A stretch of DNA of 63,913 bases, counting the filler, from Collodictyon triciliatum (Eukaryota): NCBI GenBank assembly GCA_043381765.1. It is 10 parts of 10 records of this genome, joined end to end, with 100 filler letters (N's around TTAATTAATTAA, not from the genome) between each part and the next. Parts side by side here need not be neighbours in the genome. Positions count along the whole stretch, not along the records: positions 1 to 6,843 come from JBHJMP010004205.1; positions 6,944 to 13,785 come from JBHJMP010004206.1; positions 13,886 to 20,701 come from JBHJMP010004207.1; 7 more parts are not named here. One strand, given 5' to 3'. Both the position numbers and the translations under genes were made by a program. A model generated the notes under the pieces. That model did not search any database. It saw nothing but the letters and a program-made list of their open reading frames with translations, and was not told the origin of the DNA. Position 1 is the first letter of the stretch. Every line of letters starts with the position of its first letter. Positions 1 to 16,042 of this stretch are shown here, in pieces.

Positions 1-461
1 CCGTGTGGTGAGTGTTGTTGGCAAAGCTCTCACAAAAGACTGTTGTTGGTAAAAAAAAAAAAATAGTAAAAGAAAAGAAAGAGAAAAATATGAGCATGGC
101 AGGTTCCCTGCGATTACGAAAGCCTTAAAGAGAAATCAACGATGTAGGTAGATGTCTTTGTGGTAGTTTGTCGGTTTATTGGTGCCTTGATTCCTCGCTT
201 TCCAGGGCATGTGAAAGTAGATTTGTCTGAAAGGCTCCCTTATCATATTTGAAGTGATCGTATTCCATTTAAAATTTTAAGTGATAGTCATTTATTTTTG
301 TCAATTTTTCTCTTCTCATTTCTTTTTCATTTCTTTTTCATTTCATTTCATTTCATTTCTTTTCTTTTCTTTTCTAGTTGCTTAAAGCTGGAGATACGTC
401 AGCTAATCATTGTCACCACCCAGGGTGTTCGCCCTGCTTCTTGGTTTCAAACTTGGAAGAA

Positions 462-3400
462 TTAATTTTCCTTCTCTAACCAATCCCCAAAGAAGTTTCC
501 AGCGACAGATTCAGTGCTATCAAAGGAGCGGAGCAGTCTTTCGTTGAATTTGGTCAGATTCCTTGCATTTTTTGTAATTATTGCAACACCTTCTCTTGTT
601 CTTGGGTTGTAAAGACGTATTTTTCTATTATCAGGCCTGCTTGTACGAATGAAATCTGTCACATCTATCTTGATTTTAGTTTCATCGGAACCCGAAGTAG
701 TTAGTGGGGCAAAATCCCTACCGATAAAATGTTTTCTTTTGGACGTGTTTTCTTCTGGAGTTTGTAGGCTGCACCAGGCATTCTCTTCAACTAAATCCCA
801 AACTCGTATTGTTCTATCATCGGCCCCTGACACAAGCCATTTTTCTCCATTCGGCCCGCGCGTGCTACAAATACTTCTGACCCAATTCGTATGGCCTTCT
901 AGCACCATGAGTTGATCTCCAGTGACTAAATCCCATATCCTTATTACACCGTCTTTACTTCCAGATGCCAACCATTTCTCCCCATTTGGCCCATCGATGT
1001 TGCACACACTAAGGATAAATTCATTTAGATTGTTCTCCAACAGTTTGATTTGATTGCCACTGGCCATGTCCCAGACGCGTATGGTTTCATCTTCTCCCCC
1101 TGATACTAGCCATTTTTCGTCATCAGGTCCATCGATACCACAAATACACATAACGGGTTTAGTGTGTCCCTCTAAAATTTTAATTTGGCCACGACAGGCG
1201 AAGTCCCAAATGCGAATTGTTTTATCTCCACTTGCTGACGCTAACCATGTTTGCCCTTCTGGTCCTTGAGTAATGCAAAGGCTAGTAATTATGTTTGTAT
1301 GGCCTTCAAACTTATACAGTTCTTTGGCAGAGAACATGTCGCAAATATAAATTGAATTATCATCACTTCCATATGCAAGCCATTTTTGTTCTTTCGGTCT
1401 TGGAATAATGCATATGCTTGTGATGTAGCTCCCGCGATTTTCAAACTGAAGGATTTGGGTTCCAGAAATGATGTCCCAGATACGTGCTGTGCCATCGTCA
1501 CTCCCTGATACCAGACAATATTCTCCATTCGGTCCTCGAGTGCTACAAATGCATGTTATGTCGTTGGTGTGACCCACTAATACCTTGACTTGCTCTCCAC
1601 TAGCTGAATCCCATATTCGAATTGTTCTGTCTATACTCGCAGAGGCTAACAAAATGTCTTCCTTTAGTCCCTGGATGCTACAGACACCAGTGACTGAACT
1701 TATATGACCCTCGAAGATTTTAAATTGGATTCCTATTTTGACATTTTCCATATCAGCCTCGTTGAAATTACAGTCGTAAAGAATTGAATTCGAGAAATCA
1801 ACATCTTTTAGCTGTGCATGAGAGAAATTGGTTCCATCAGCGACTGATTTACGAAGATTTGCCCCAGGGATCTTTATGTAAGACAGGTCCATATCACTAA
1901 ATGATACCCCCATAAAATTCAGAAGACTGATTGCCTCATATGCAGCGCTTGGTTTTTCATCTGCAGTCCTGGATAAGTAAACAATCTCAAACAGATATTC
2001 AATTATTTGTGGACGATTCCAGGTTTGGTCGAATTTCGCATGAGTAAGATTATCACTAATAAACTCTTGAACTTTTAAAAACTTAACAGGTTCATTATCT
2101 TCATCTCTTGAGTAATTTGATAAGTATTCACATGCATTCAGAGATAGATTGTGAATACGCCCGAGCGTGTCAACGAATTTGTCCTTCATTTCTTCCCAGA
2201 ATTCATTGGCTTCATGAAAGAGTCCGAGTCTTCGATATATCACGTCTAATCTCTCACAAGCTATCCAAACATCCCAGTTCTTGTAGTTTGAATTCTCAGC
2301 CCTTCTTGATATTAATGTCTTATAAAGTTGTATGACTATATTATACTCATTTTCTTCTAGCATAATTTTAATAATCGAAATAATTTGGTGCATGTTTGTC
2401 AATGACATGGAAGTTTTTGTTTCTTTTCGAATAGTAGCGGCCTCTTTGAAGCATTCCTTCAGTTGTGCATAACTAATTGAAGAATACAATTAGTCAGTTT
2501 TTATTAGAAACAAATGCAAACAGGGTTACCAATATAAATAAATATAAACAAAAATTAAAATAAGTAAAATTAATGAAAGATAGAGTTAACCTTCTGAGCT
2601 CAAAATTTGTCCTCCCGATATTTTCGAGAGAAGTTGCGTAATCAACATGTTTTTTCCCTAAGGTTCTCTCACGAATTTCTAGTACTTTTAAGTAAGCATT
2701 CAAGGCTGATCTATAACTATATAATAATATTTTAATAGATGGTCAGTTACAAGTTCTGAAATATAAGATACATATTAAGATTGTAAACCCATGTCAATTT
2801 GATAAAATGAAGGATAAAAAAATGGAAGGAAAGAAAGAAAGAAAGAAAGAAAGAAAAGAAAAGAAAAGAAAAAAAGAAAGAGGAAAAAAGGAAAAAAGGA
2901 AAAAGGGAAAAAAGGAAAAAAGGAAAAAAGGAAAAAAGGAAAAAAGGATAGAGGAAAGAGGAAAAGAAAAAGAAAAGTACTCATTAACATCGTGATGGAT
3001 ATTTCCAGCTATTTCATAGCTATCCATGACATTCTGATGATTTTCACCAACGCTTGTGATGTGAATATCCAATGACTGAGTAATTAATGATAAAGCCTCC
3101 ATCTTCCTAGAATGATTGAAAGAACGAAATTAGAAACTAATAAATTTATACTTCTATTCATAAGGTGGTATTTTGATATCTATTGTGTATTACTTCTTGT
3201 TAGCGAGGTGAACTTCAGCCATCAATTGCATAGTCCCCGCTACAGAAGGGTGCTGGCTTCCTAAAAATTTAGTGAGAATCCTCTTCGCTTCCTCGTAATT
3301 ATGCATCGCTTCCTCAAATCTGCTCGGGTTTATTTAAATATTTTAAAAAAAAAAGTCACAGTAACTCCATGTATACCCCAATTCTATTTATCTGTCAGGT

Positions 3401-6400
3401 ATTTAGAAAGAATAAAAATCATAAGAACCGTTTCATGGCTAGATATGCGCGTCCAAAGTTTTGGTATGATGTCGCGATAATAGGGTGTTCATTTCCTACT
3501 ACCTTCAAGCGTGAATCATATGCTTTTCTATAATATTCCATGGCTTCGGCGCTAATTGCACAATGTAAAAGTTTTTTTTTTTTAGTAACATCAGGATATA
3601 ATTATCAACTTGGTAGAATTGCCTACGCAGATTCCATCAGCGAGATGTCTCCAAATCGGTCATATGATTGAGCCACTTGAATATTATTAGCATCCACGTT
3701 CTTTATGAACCGTTCAAGTGATTTTTCATATTCTCTGGTAGCATCATCATGCCTGGAATAAATTGATAAGATCAGATAAAATAATAAATACAAGCATTGA
3801 TTTTGTTGGGCGGATTGCAAGGAATATAAAAGCTCATTAGCATAATTACTTCTTTGTTTGTTGATAAATGAATCCTATTTCATCGTGTATGATTGCAATT
3901 TTAACACCATCGGCTTCTGTTTTTTCAGTCACCTCCAGGCACTTCTGAAAATACGCCATGGATTCATTCCAACTAATTAATTGTTAATTAAATGGTTAAT
4001 ACATAAATAGTTGCATATTTCCTTCTATTGCGTATATACTTATTTTTTCATACTTTTTTAAGTTTTTGTAGACTCGACCAAGAGCCAAGTAATCTGAAGC
4101 TTTGGATTCTGTCATACTACATTTTAGAATCGAGTGTATTGCTCAATAATTGTTCAAGAGCCTTACCCTCAGTTTGTCTATTTTGAATTCTTTTGATCAG
4201 GGCAGACGTCAGAAAAGAATTCTCATACGATTCCAAAAAGAAGTCAACAAGTAAATCTCCTACTTGGTCGGTAGACTGAAGAAAAATCGATGAATAAGGA
4301 AATGCATCTTTATTATTATTATTAGTATTATTATTATTAGACTTTACATTTATGAGTGATGCATATATGTTCTTGTAATTTGCTATTTTCCTCTGATTAA
4401 TAGCCCTCCAAGACGAAAAGAATTCATAACGATAACGCCCACCAAGCATTTTTAAAATAACCTATTTTTAAGATAAAATTTGAAAATAATTGATGTCATG
4501 AGTTTATTTCCCATTTTAAACATCTCGCCCGAAACTACCCTAATCCAGATTCTAATGTTACAATTTTTTGGTTTTATTTAATATATCTAATTAAAAATAT
4601 GTGGGATGAAAAAAAATTGCGAATATTACATGCTTTTGCTTGATAAATTCAACCAGCAAATCAAATGATTGTCCTTCAAGGAGTTGATAAGATATTTCAG
4701 CTGCCAGCTCTTCATCTATACTCTCCTTATCAGAATACTTTCCAAATAACCATTTTCCGAACTGTTGATGTACTTTTATTTTGTCTGCATCCTTCAAGAA
4801 TTCTTCTTTTACTGTATCCGAAAGCAATTGGTGCAGATACATATACCTGCGTTATATATAATTTGGTACCATGTTCAATCATTTGCATCAACAAAAGATA
4901 AAGGAATGATAAAAGTGGACTAACCTTCCATTTCTGACAAAGAGGTAATCAACCAGTGTGAAGAAAAAGGACTTCCTGGATTGATCGATGCACAATTGAA
5001 GCATTTAGGCATGACTCTCTTTTGACTACAACTCATATATAAAATCCTAGTTAAAGCAGAGGTATGTATCTATATTAATTCAAACCATTCTGCGAGGTCG
5101 AATTCTTGTCCAATCGAATCTTTCACATAAGAGTCCAAATCGCTTTCACTTAGACCGATACGAGAAATTAAAAGAATTTTCATAGACACTGCAACAAACG
5201 AGGCACCTGGTAGTCCATACAGATACATAATTTGAAATATATCGAGGTAAGTATATGTTTTGATTAGCAATAATGGACCATAAAATTACAGCTATTTTAT
5301 GAGGAGATGACGCGATACCTTCTTTATCATATTTTTTAATCCAACGTCGTATCACAGTGGTATATAATTCTACTACCCCATTTGTCGATAATAATCCCTT
5401 TAATTCTTCATTTAAGCTATCATAAACACCAAACACTCTGATCTCGTCCAAGATGATACGTAAATATAGAGGATGACCTGGTACAGAGTAATTTTGAAGT
5501 TAAATATATGCACACAAATATAGGGAGAGGACAATATTATTAATTAGTTGCCTGTATCTGCGTAGTCTTCAAGTATCATATTAATTTGAGCTTCATCCAG
5601 GGCTTTGTCATATATTTTCAAAAAATTTTCAACTCCTAATCTAACTTCTTCACGTTTTAATTGTGAGACAGATAATATATCTAATCCATTTTGAGTAGCA
5701 ACCTATTGTTTTAAATAAAATGGAATTGCCAATATATTTATTACTGTATTAATAATCATCCATCTGTTCATTTCCACACAATTTTATTGATATTTCGATG
5801 TTCATTTACATCTCATCCATAGACGATTAGAACGCACCTGGCATGATTCATGGTTTTCGATAGTTGAAATGACTACTGCAACATTTTTTGGTGTTTTATC
5901 AGGTAACCAGGTAAGCAAATGTGGTGCGGAGGTCCCTTGCGATGGGGATATTTGGTTTATTGCGTCGATGAGGAAAACAAATTTTTCAGGTCTGTAAATT
6001 AAGGTGTGCTAAGTGGATATTGATACAATGTTTCAAGATATTTATAAAGAAAATTGTGTATAAAATTGTAGTGACTTATTGCTTCGTTGTAACATTGTAA
6101 ACAATCCACGCAGGCCCTCTTTTTCATATTCTATTTGTAACAAAAAAAAATTAAGGCTGTCTTAGCCACCATCAGCGTATTTAAAAACAGCAGTATAAAA
6201 GTGATATTGTAATATTTTATTTTATTTTATTTTTACCAATTTCATATTTTTTCTCCCCCATAAAGTGACTCAGTTTTGTGACTGAACTCCAAAATCGAAT
6301 TGAAATACTAGATTTCATTCCATTTTGAAAAAATGTTTAATCATACTGCGATATGTGGAATACAATTCAAGACATTTTTGTTACCTCTCAACATATGTGC

Positions 6401-6563
6401 TAAGATTTGTACAGCCGACAAAGTGAAATAGTATGTTTAACTCAGGGTCATTCAATTTTTCTAAATTATTAGATGTCGCAGCCATCAAGGATGATTTCCC
6501 TATGCCAGATTGCGCAGCAAGAACAGTAATTTTGCAGGATCCACTGCTTAACTGGTTCTTTAT
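462..6563 (-). CDS. Multi-exon STAND/NACHT NTPase (TEP1/NPHP3/NWD-like) with a TPR array, pentapeptide repeats and C-terminal WD40 repeats; 5' end missing (scaffold end)
   Basis: Hand-spliced exons give Walker A 'VLAAQSGIGKSSLMA' followed by 'ILFHFVG' (~6390-6563), Walker B 'FVFLIDAINQI...LTWLPDKTPKNVAVVIST' (~5860-5990) and 'GHPLYLRIILDEIRVFGVY'. Six TPR exons lie at 2591-3972. The 2011-nt last exon (2472-462) has 'IPGANL...TNFSHAQLKDVDFSNSIL' and about 7 'EGHT...WL.SG..D.TIRIWD' WD40 repeats. Confidence 0.85.
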
Positions 6564-6748
6564 CTGAAATAATTATTCCTTTTGTTATTATATTATATGA
6601 CAGTGAATGCTCAAGTTAACCAAGACCTAAACTCCTATCTTGGAAAAAAATCGAAAAGAAAAGAAAAAGAGAGAGAGAATATTGAGAGTTGGCGAGTCGT
6701 GGTACTGTCATCAACATCTCTGATTTTTACAAACGGATAGGGAAAGAA

Positions 6749-6843
6749 AGACAAAGACAAAGACAAAGACAAAGACAAAGACAAAGACAAAGACAAAGAC
6801 AAAGACAAAGACAAAGACAAAGACAAAGACAAAGACAAAGACA
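6749..6843 (+). repeat. (GACAAA)n microsatellite at scaffold end
   Basis: Seen directly in the sequence. Confidence 0.95.
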
Positions 6844-6943
6844 NNNNNNNNNNNNNNNNNNNNNNNNNNNNNNNNNNNNNNNNNNNNTTAATTAATTAAN
6901 NNNNNNNNNNNNNNNNNNNNNNNNNNNNNNNNNNNNNNNNNNN
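6844..6943. other. Artificial scaffold spacer N44-TTAATTAATTAA-N44 (first of nine; others start at 13786, 20702, 27644, 34580, 41514, 48449, 55383 and 62317)
   Basis: An identical 100-nt unit with stop codons in all six frames recurs every ~6.93 kb. Confidence 0.97.
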
Positions 6944-7029
<86 letters not shown>

Positions 7030-7783
7030 AAAAAAGGAAAAAAGGAAAAAAGGAAAAAAAAAAGGAAAGAAAGGAAAAACAAGCAGAGGTTCATAAAGGA
7101 CAAAACAAATAAGAAAGAACCGATGAAAGTCTTAAAGACTCGAAATATTTTCCTTTGGTGGGCCTCTTCTAAATATGTAGGTTTTGCTAGCCCGAAGAAG
7201 GTATGCGGAGGACTGTTTTCATGCATTTTTGCACAGTTGGAGGTGTTTCTTATCCTATTTGAATATCTTCTTGTCCTTGTATTCATCAATTTACTGTGGG
7301 AGACATCGGGGGTCGATTCATCATGGACTAGTAGTAGCACAGAAACACAGGCAAGGGTGGATCACATACATTATACACAAACCCACATGAACCTTGCTCA
7401 ATGATTATAAATCATATCAATAGTGCGATGAAGGTTCGGTATGGTTTTCAATTTTATGCGTCGTGAAGCGTGATATCTCCCAAATAATTTTCTCTGCAGC
7501 AAAGGTCTCGAGTAAAATATGAACATATCGTAAACTCATACTTTGAATCGAATAAAGGAAGAAAAAAAAAAACATATCGTAAACTCTTACACATGAGTTC
7601 GCTTAGAACTTGAAACCATATTTTTATGAACATATTAAATTTAATCTAAATTAGGTTTTTATCAGTCTTGCTTTGCCCTGCAGCTATATAGTGTATCGTG
7701 TGGTCAACTTTCTCAGTATTCCGTTAGACGCGGTAATCTATAAAGGGTGTGTTTTTGCTTTTGCTTTTGTTTTTGTTTTTGTT

Positions 7784-7900
<117 letters not shown>

Positions 7901-9266
7901 CTCATAACCGTCATCATTATCTGAGGCTTCTTTATCATGATTTTATATACACAATTTTGTGTCAACATTTTTACGCTATTTTCTTGATAGTTTAAGAATT
8001 CACTCTGCTTTTACATGGGGACAGAGCCAGACCATAGGATTCATTTCTTGCATATTAGAATTATTGGTTTTTCATTTTTGTGCGTCTGGGATTACCTGTG
8101 AATCTGTTTCCATAGAAAACTTCAAGGTGTATATATCTCGCATCATAAACGCGTTAGATGATTACACACTTTTTTTTCTGTATATGAAAACTTCACAAAT
8201 TTTTGATGTTAGGTTAATGGGCGACTTGACTACTCCTTGGCGATGGAGCTTTTATTCTCGATTCCAATCAAGGAGGAAATCCTATTCCGCGGGGCTGTAT
8301 CTCTTATTATATACAATAGGCAAACTTATATAATATCTACTTTCATTTCTGTTTTTTTTTTTTTTTTTTTGATTTCTGCAGAATACTATCAAATTTAATT
8401 TAACTGTCTGATAATCAGTTAATATTTATGTTTCAAATACCATACTCAAATTTCCACTAAATGCATCCACCTCTAAACTCCACAGATTTCGTGATTACCA
8501 CACCACAGTTTGGAATGGCGCGGCCTGGTTCTCCATATTTCATCTTTTAAATCTTTTTCAGAAAAGATTTTCAGTGTCCTATGTTTACCTACAGGTTAAT
8601 TATGCTTACTAAAATTTAATATGCACCTTATATTTTACCCCTGGAACACAATCGAATAGTCAACGCGCTGTGTGTAATCTTATTAATCATAGGTCTTTGT
8701 ATCATTTTACATGGGCCTTTATTACAATTACATTTTCATGAACTTTTCGGTGTGGAACACGATGCTGCTTCATGTATGGAACAACGCGCTAACCTCCCTT
8801 ACGGCAGCCAATACCGACTACGTGAACAACTGCACCTTTTTGCAAAGTAATCCATCACCACAAAACAGATTTTCCGCTGATGTTATTGAAAGGCTTGCTT
8901 TCCTGGTTGGGAATTATATAATCGTTTTCTTTTTTCTTTTTCTTTTATTAATAATTTTACTATTATTTGATGATAACCGTACAAACTGCGCGCCCGTCGC
9001 CTCTTGTGATGCTCGCATCCCAGTATCCATCCAACTCATTTTGCACGCAGCAGTTATCGCCTACTTCGCCCGAAAATAGAAAAGAGAGGAGAAAAAGGAG
9101 AAAACTACCGAAATAAAAGTATCATACAATAGTGGTCATAGCCTATATGTGGAAGCGTGGATGTTTCGTGTTGTGTCATAATCAATCAGCAAGCAGGCAA
9201 AGGCAGGCAAAGTAATCCTGAAAACACACGCCATCGAGAAAAGCAAACAAGGACAAGAGACTGAGC

Positions 9267-12256
<2,990 letters not shown>

Positions 12257-13133
12257 GGGACCACGTTTTGTATCAAAGGCCCAGAGGCATTCAGGTCATA
12301 TCCCAGCCCAAACACCCAGTCGCAATAAACAACCAAAGAAAGCAAGACTTGGAACAGAGCAAACAAACAAGCAAACAAGCAAACAAGCAAACAAGCAAAC
12401 AAACAAACAAACAAACAAACAAACAAACAAACAAACAAACAAACAAACGCCCAAAAACAATTGGGTCTACGAATGCACAATTATGGAATTTATACTAGAG
12501 ATAATTCAATGTGCAAATTTGCGTTTNNNNNNNNNNNNNNNNNNNNNNNNNNNNNNNNNNNNNNNNNNNNNNNNNNNNNNNNNNNNNNNNNNNNNNNNNN
12601 NNNNNNNNNNNNNNNNNNNNNNNNNNNNNNNNNNNNNNNNNNNNNNNNNNNNNNNNNNNNNNNNNNNNNNNNNNNNNNNNNNNNNNNNNNNNNNNNNNNN
12701 NNNNNNNNNNNNNNNNNNNNNNNNNNNNNNNNNNNNNNNNNNNNNNNNNNNNNNNNNNNNNNNNNNNNNNNNNNNNNNNNNNNNNNNNNNNNNNNNNNNN
12801 NNNNNNNNNNNNNNNNNNNNNNNNNNNNNNNNNNNNNNNNNNNNNNNNNNNNNNNNNNNNNNNNNNNNNNNNNNNNNNNNNNNNNNNNNNNNNNNNNNNN
12901 NNNNNNNNNNNNNNNNNNNNNNNNNNNNNNNNNNNNNNNNNNNNNNNNNNNNNNNNNNNNNNNNNNNNNNNNNNNNNNNNNNNNNNNNNNNNNNNNNNNN
13001 NNNNNNNNNNNNNNNNNNNNNNNNNNNNNNNNNNNNNNNNNNNNNNCTTGCAGAGCGCGAGTGGATCAAAGAAAAGAACTTGAATGGCCATAAAAGGAGA
13101 GAGATGGGGAGCGGCTCATAAACCAAAATGAAT

Positions 13134-13206
13134 CGCCCGGTGTGGGGGTCGAACCCACGACATTCAGGTTAAAAGCCTGACGCTCTACCGACTGAGCTAA
13201 CCGGGC
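13134..13206 (-). tRNA. tRNA-Lys (anticodon UUU)
   Basis: Reverse complement GCCCGGTTAGCTCAGTCGGTAGAGCGTCAGGCTTTTAACCTGAATGTCGTGGGTTCGACCCCCACACCGGGCG forms a full cloverleaf with loop CTTTTAA. A TTTT run lies downstream. Confidence 0.96.
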
Positions 13207-13885
13207 TTGACATATCGTTATATGGAAACTAATATAATAGAATACATAAAATGATAATTTGGGTTTCCTGTCTTGTTCGTTTAACTTTTGATTCGCATAG
13301 ATAAATGTAAGTTAAGTGCTTCCTTGCACTTCTATACGGTTGTAAGCATCATTATAAATTTGAATATCGTGTATTTGTGCGTACAGTCTGATCTAATTAG
13401 ACTTTAAGAGACTAAAACTATAAATTCCGCAAATATCAAAGACCACACAGGCCTGTTCTTTTCTTTCTTTTTCTCTTTCCTTACGCATTCGATTTGCGTT
13501 GCTTGGAGAAATGGTTGTTGTGAAGAGCCAAAGTCTGTGTGTATGGGATGCGGAAAAGATCGACCACCAAGTGAATGGAAAAGATAAAGACACACGGGAC
13601 GTGTTGCGTGGGTCGATCGGCGATTATCCTGCCGAGAGTGTTTGATCAACACAGCAAACAAGAGCAAAGCAAAGCCACTGGTATGTCCTTTCTCAAAGTC
13701 TGTGCAGTAGGTTCTCTTGCCAACTCGGAGACTTTCTACTCTGAAAGGGTTCGGCGCAGCAGAGACGATGGGAAAAGCTGCTCGGNNNNNNNNNNNNNNN
13801 NNNNNNNNNNNNNNNNNNNNNNNNNNNNNTTAATTAATTAANNNNNNNNNNNNNNNNNNNNNNNNNNNNNNNNNNNNNNNNNNNN

Positions 13886-14167
13886 AATGACGTTTTCACC
13901 ATGTATTACGCTGATGGCGACAAGAAGGATGACCGAGAGCCAGTCTTTTGCCCTGAACTGGGTCTTGTGAGTCGATCTATTCTTACATTAATATTCATGT
14001 ATGTTATCTTTGAATTTTTCATCGTCTGCCATGTCCCTGTCATCCTCGTGCAATCATTGAGCATCTGAAAAACATTTCCTTTAATTGTGAAATGCTGTTG
14101 CCATCCGCAGGCTATAGAAAAACTTAAGGACGGCGTAAGCGTGGAACAACTGTGGCAAGTGCTGTGA
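13886..14167 (+). CDS. BBS5: BBSome subunit BBS5, last two exons only (rest off-scaffold)
   Basis: Spliced translation 'DVFTMYYADGDKKDDREPVFCPELGL|AIEKLKDGVSVEQLWQVL*' matches the characteristic BBS5 C-terminus (AYFADG..DREPVFS.ELGLAIEKL.DG....LW.V). The intron is GTGAGT...CAG. Confidence 0.88.
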
Positions 14168-15323
14168 AGTCGAATGTTAGGCTCCATGTGTTTGCTTCTT
14201 TTCTCATGAGTTTTTTTCTTTTACTTCAAGAAAAAAAAGCATCTCGTCTCATAGCTTGAGAACTTCACAATTCCTTAAAATATATTGGACAGATAACATA
14301 ATTATTGCTTTCTTTTGATTTGTTTTTGTTTTTTCTCTTTTTTTCTCTTTTTTCTCTTTTTTCTCTTTTTTCTCTTTTTTCTCTTTTTTCTCTTTTTTCT
14401 CTTTTTTCTCTTTTCACTTCTCTTACGATCTCCAACAAAATATGACGTTAAATCTGTTGAAAACTATCACACGGGACAAGCGAAGCAAATAATTTCTATG
14501 TTTCTTCTTTTCGAAAATGATGTATCTCTTATTGAGTCACCTTTTCATCTCCTCTTCTTTTTCTTTTTCTGTGAGATTGTGCAGCGAAAACAATACCATT
14601 CAACGGTCTTTGCCTTCATTTGAATAATGTCCATTGAAAACGTTATTATGTGTAAGGTTGTGTGCTATGAAAGGATATGACTGTATGATAGCTTCTCATG
14701 CTCAAATTTCATTTGGCATATGATAAGATTAGCCTGGATGCAATCTTGCGACACGCCCAAACATGTTCTGCATGTCTTTCTACACTTTGAGATGTTTGGA
14801 TGCAGCCCAAACCATGTCTTACAGTCGCCCATCCTCGTTGAGCCTACTTTCTCGGCAAACTGAGAATACCTTTAACAGCATGGGGTCCAGGACTTTACTG
14901 GTCTCTTGTATTTGGCTCCGTGGCCCTCTTCCCCTAGCATATGGGAGATAAAAAGAGTAGATGAAAAGGAGCTCTTAAACAACCTTTTCTGTGTATACGC
15001 CTCATTTGTTTCTCTTTCTTTATATATATATAGAGAAGAAAAGAGTGAATCCATCTGGCTTTGTGAAGACTATCAAGGAAAATGGGGACAAGATTGAACG
15101 TCTTGAGCGACTCTCCCACAAAACTTTGCAATAGACTTCGACTTTAAATTGACACTATTGGTTAGTCGCCTGTGTGTTGATTAAGAGTTCCCTCTTGCTG
15201 ATTCCTATCACTTGAAGCCACTGAAGTTATTTTTTCTTTTCCTTTTTTCATTATTTTGATTACGGGTTCTCTTTTATTCTTTCTTTTTCTTTTTTTTTTT
15301 CAATTTGAAATATGGACTAGTGT

Positions 15324-16042
15324 TTATTTTGACAACAAGGTTTTTGCTTCGTTGATTTTGGATGCAATGTAGCTGCTGCCTCCTCTATCCGGGTGGTTCT
15401 TAGCAATAGCCTTCTGGTATGCTTCTCTAATCTTGTTCTTGTCAGCGTTTGCCCTGTGTTGTACCATTATGTTGACATTTCGTTAATGCAAATGAATGAA
15501 TAAAAAAAATTAAAAAAATTATGGATCAAGAAAACAAATCACAAATGAAAATAAAAAAGAGTGAATATTGAAATTCCTGTATCGGTTAATATTTTTTTTT
15601 CATTTTTTGAGGAAGGATTTTTGGACAAATTACCAATTAAAAAAATATAATGAGGTTTAGCCTTGGCAACAATCCACCAATATTCATGTGGGAAAGGAAA
15701 AAAAAAACTCACAGAGAATTAAAAAAAAATGCACTCACGAGACGTTTAGTATGCGGCAAGCCTCACGCTTAGACATCTGTTTTTCAAATCCACCATGCAA
15801 GAACATGGGAATGGCTTTGCCACTGGCAATATCTGCAGCCTTCTTTCTCTGCATGATGAGGACTTGCCGCGCAGCCAAAAGGGAGCCCGAAAGCCCGAGT
15901 GTCACAAGAAATATTGTTGCCTGAAAGAAGGATTTTTAGTCAAGTTCGACATAAGTTAGAAGAAAAGGAAAAGAAGAGAGGGCGTCAAGCATAAATATGG
16001 AGGCTGCGTGACATAGACTTTGCCCAATCGCAGGTGGTTCAT
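15324..16042 (-). CDS. PAM18: Mitochondrial import motor J-protein PAM18/TIM14 (DNAJC19-like); first exon and start codon tentative
   Basis: Exons give '[21 protein letters not shown]...[61 protein letters not shown]': TM segment, GGF motif and an HPD-RGGS J-domain. Confidence 0.88.

Noticed and set aside
4117-5146. Apparent in-frame TAG/TAA suggesting stop-codon reassignment
   Set aside because: Each stop falls inside a GT-AG or GC-AG intron once exons are phased. TAA, TAG and TGA all terminate genes in this window.
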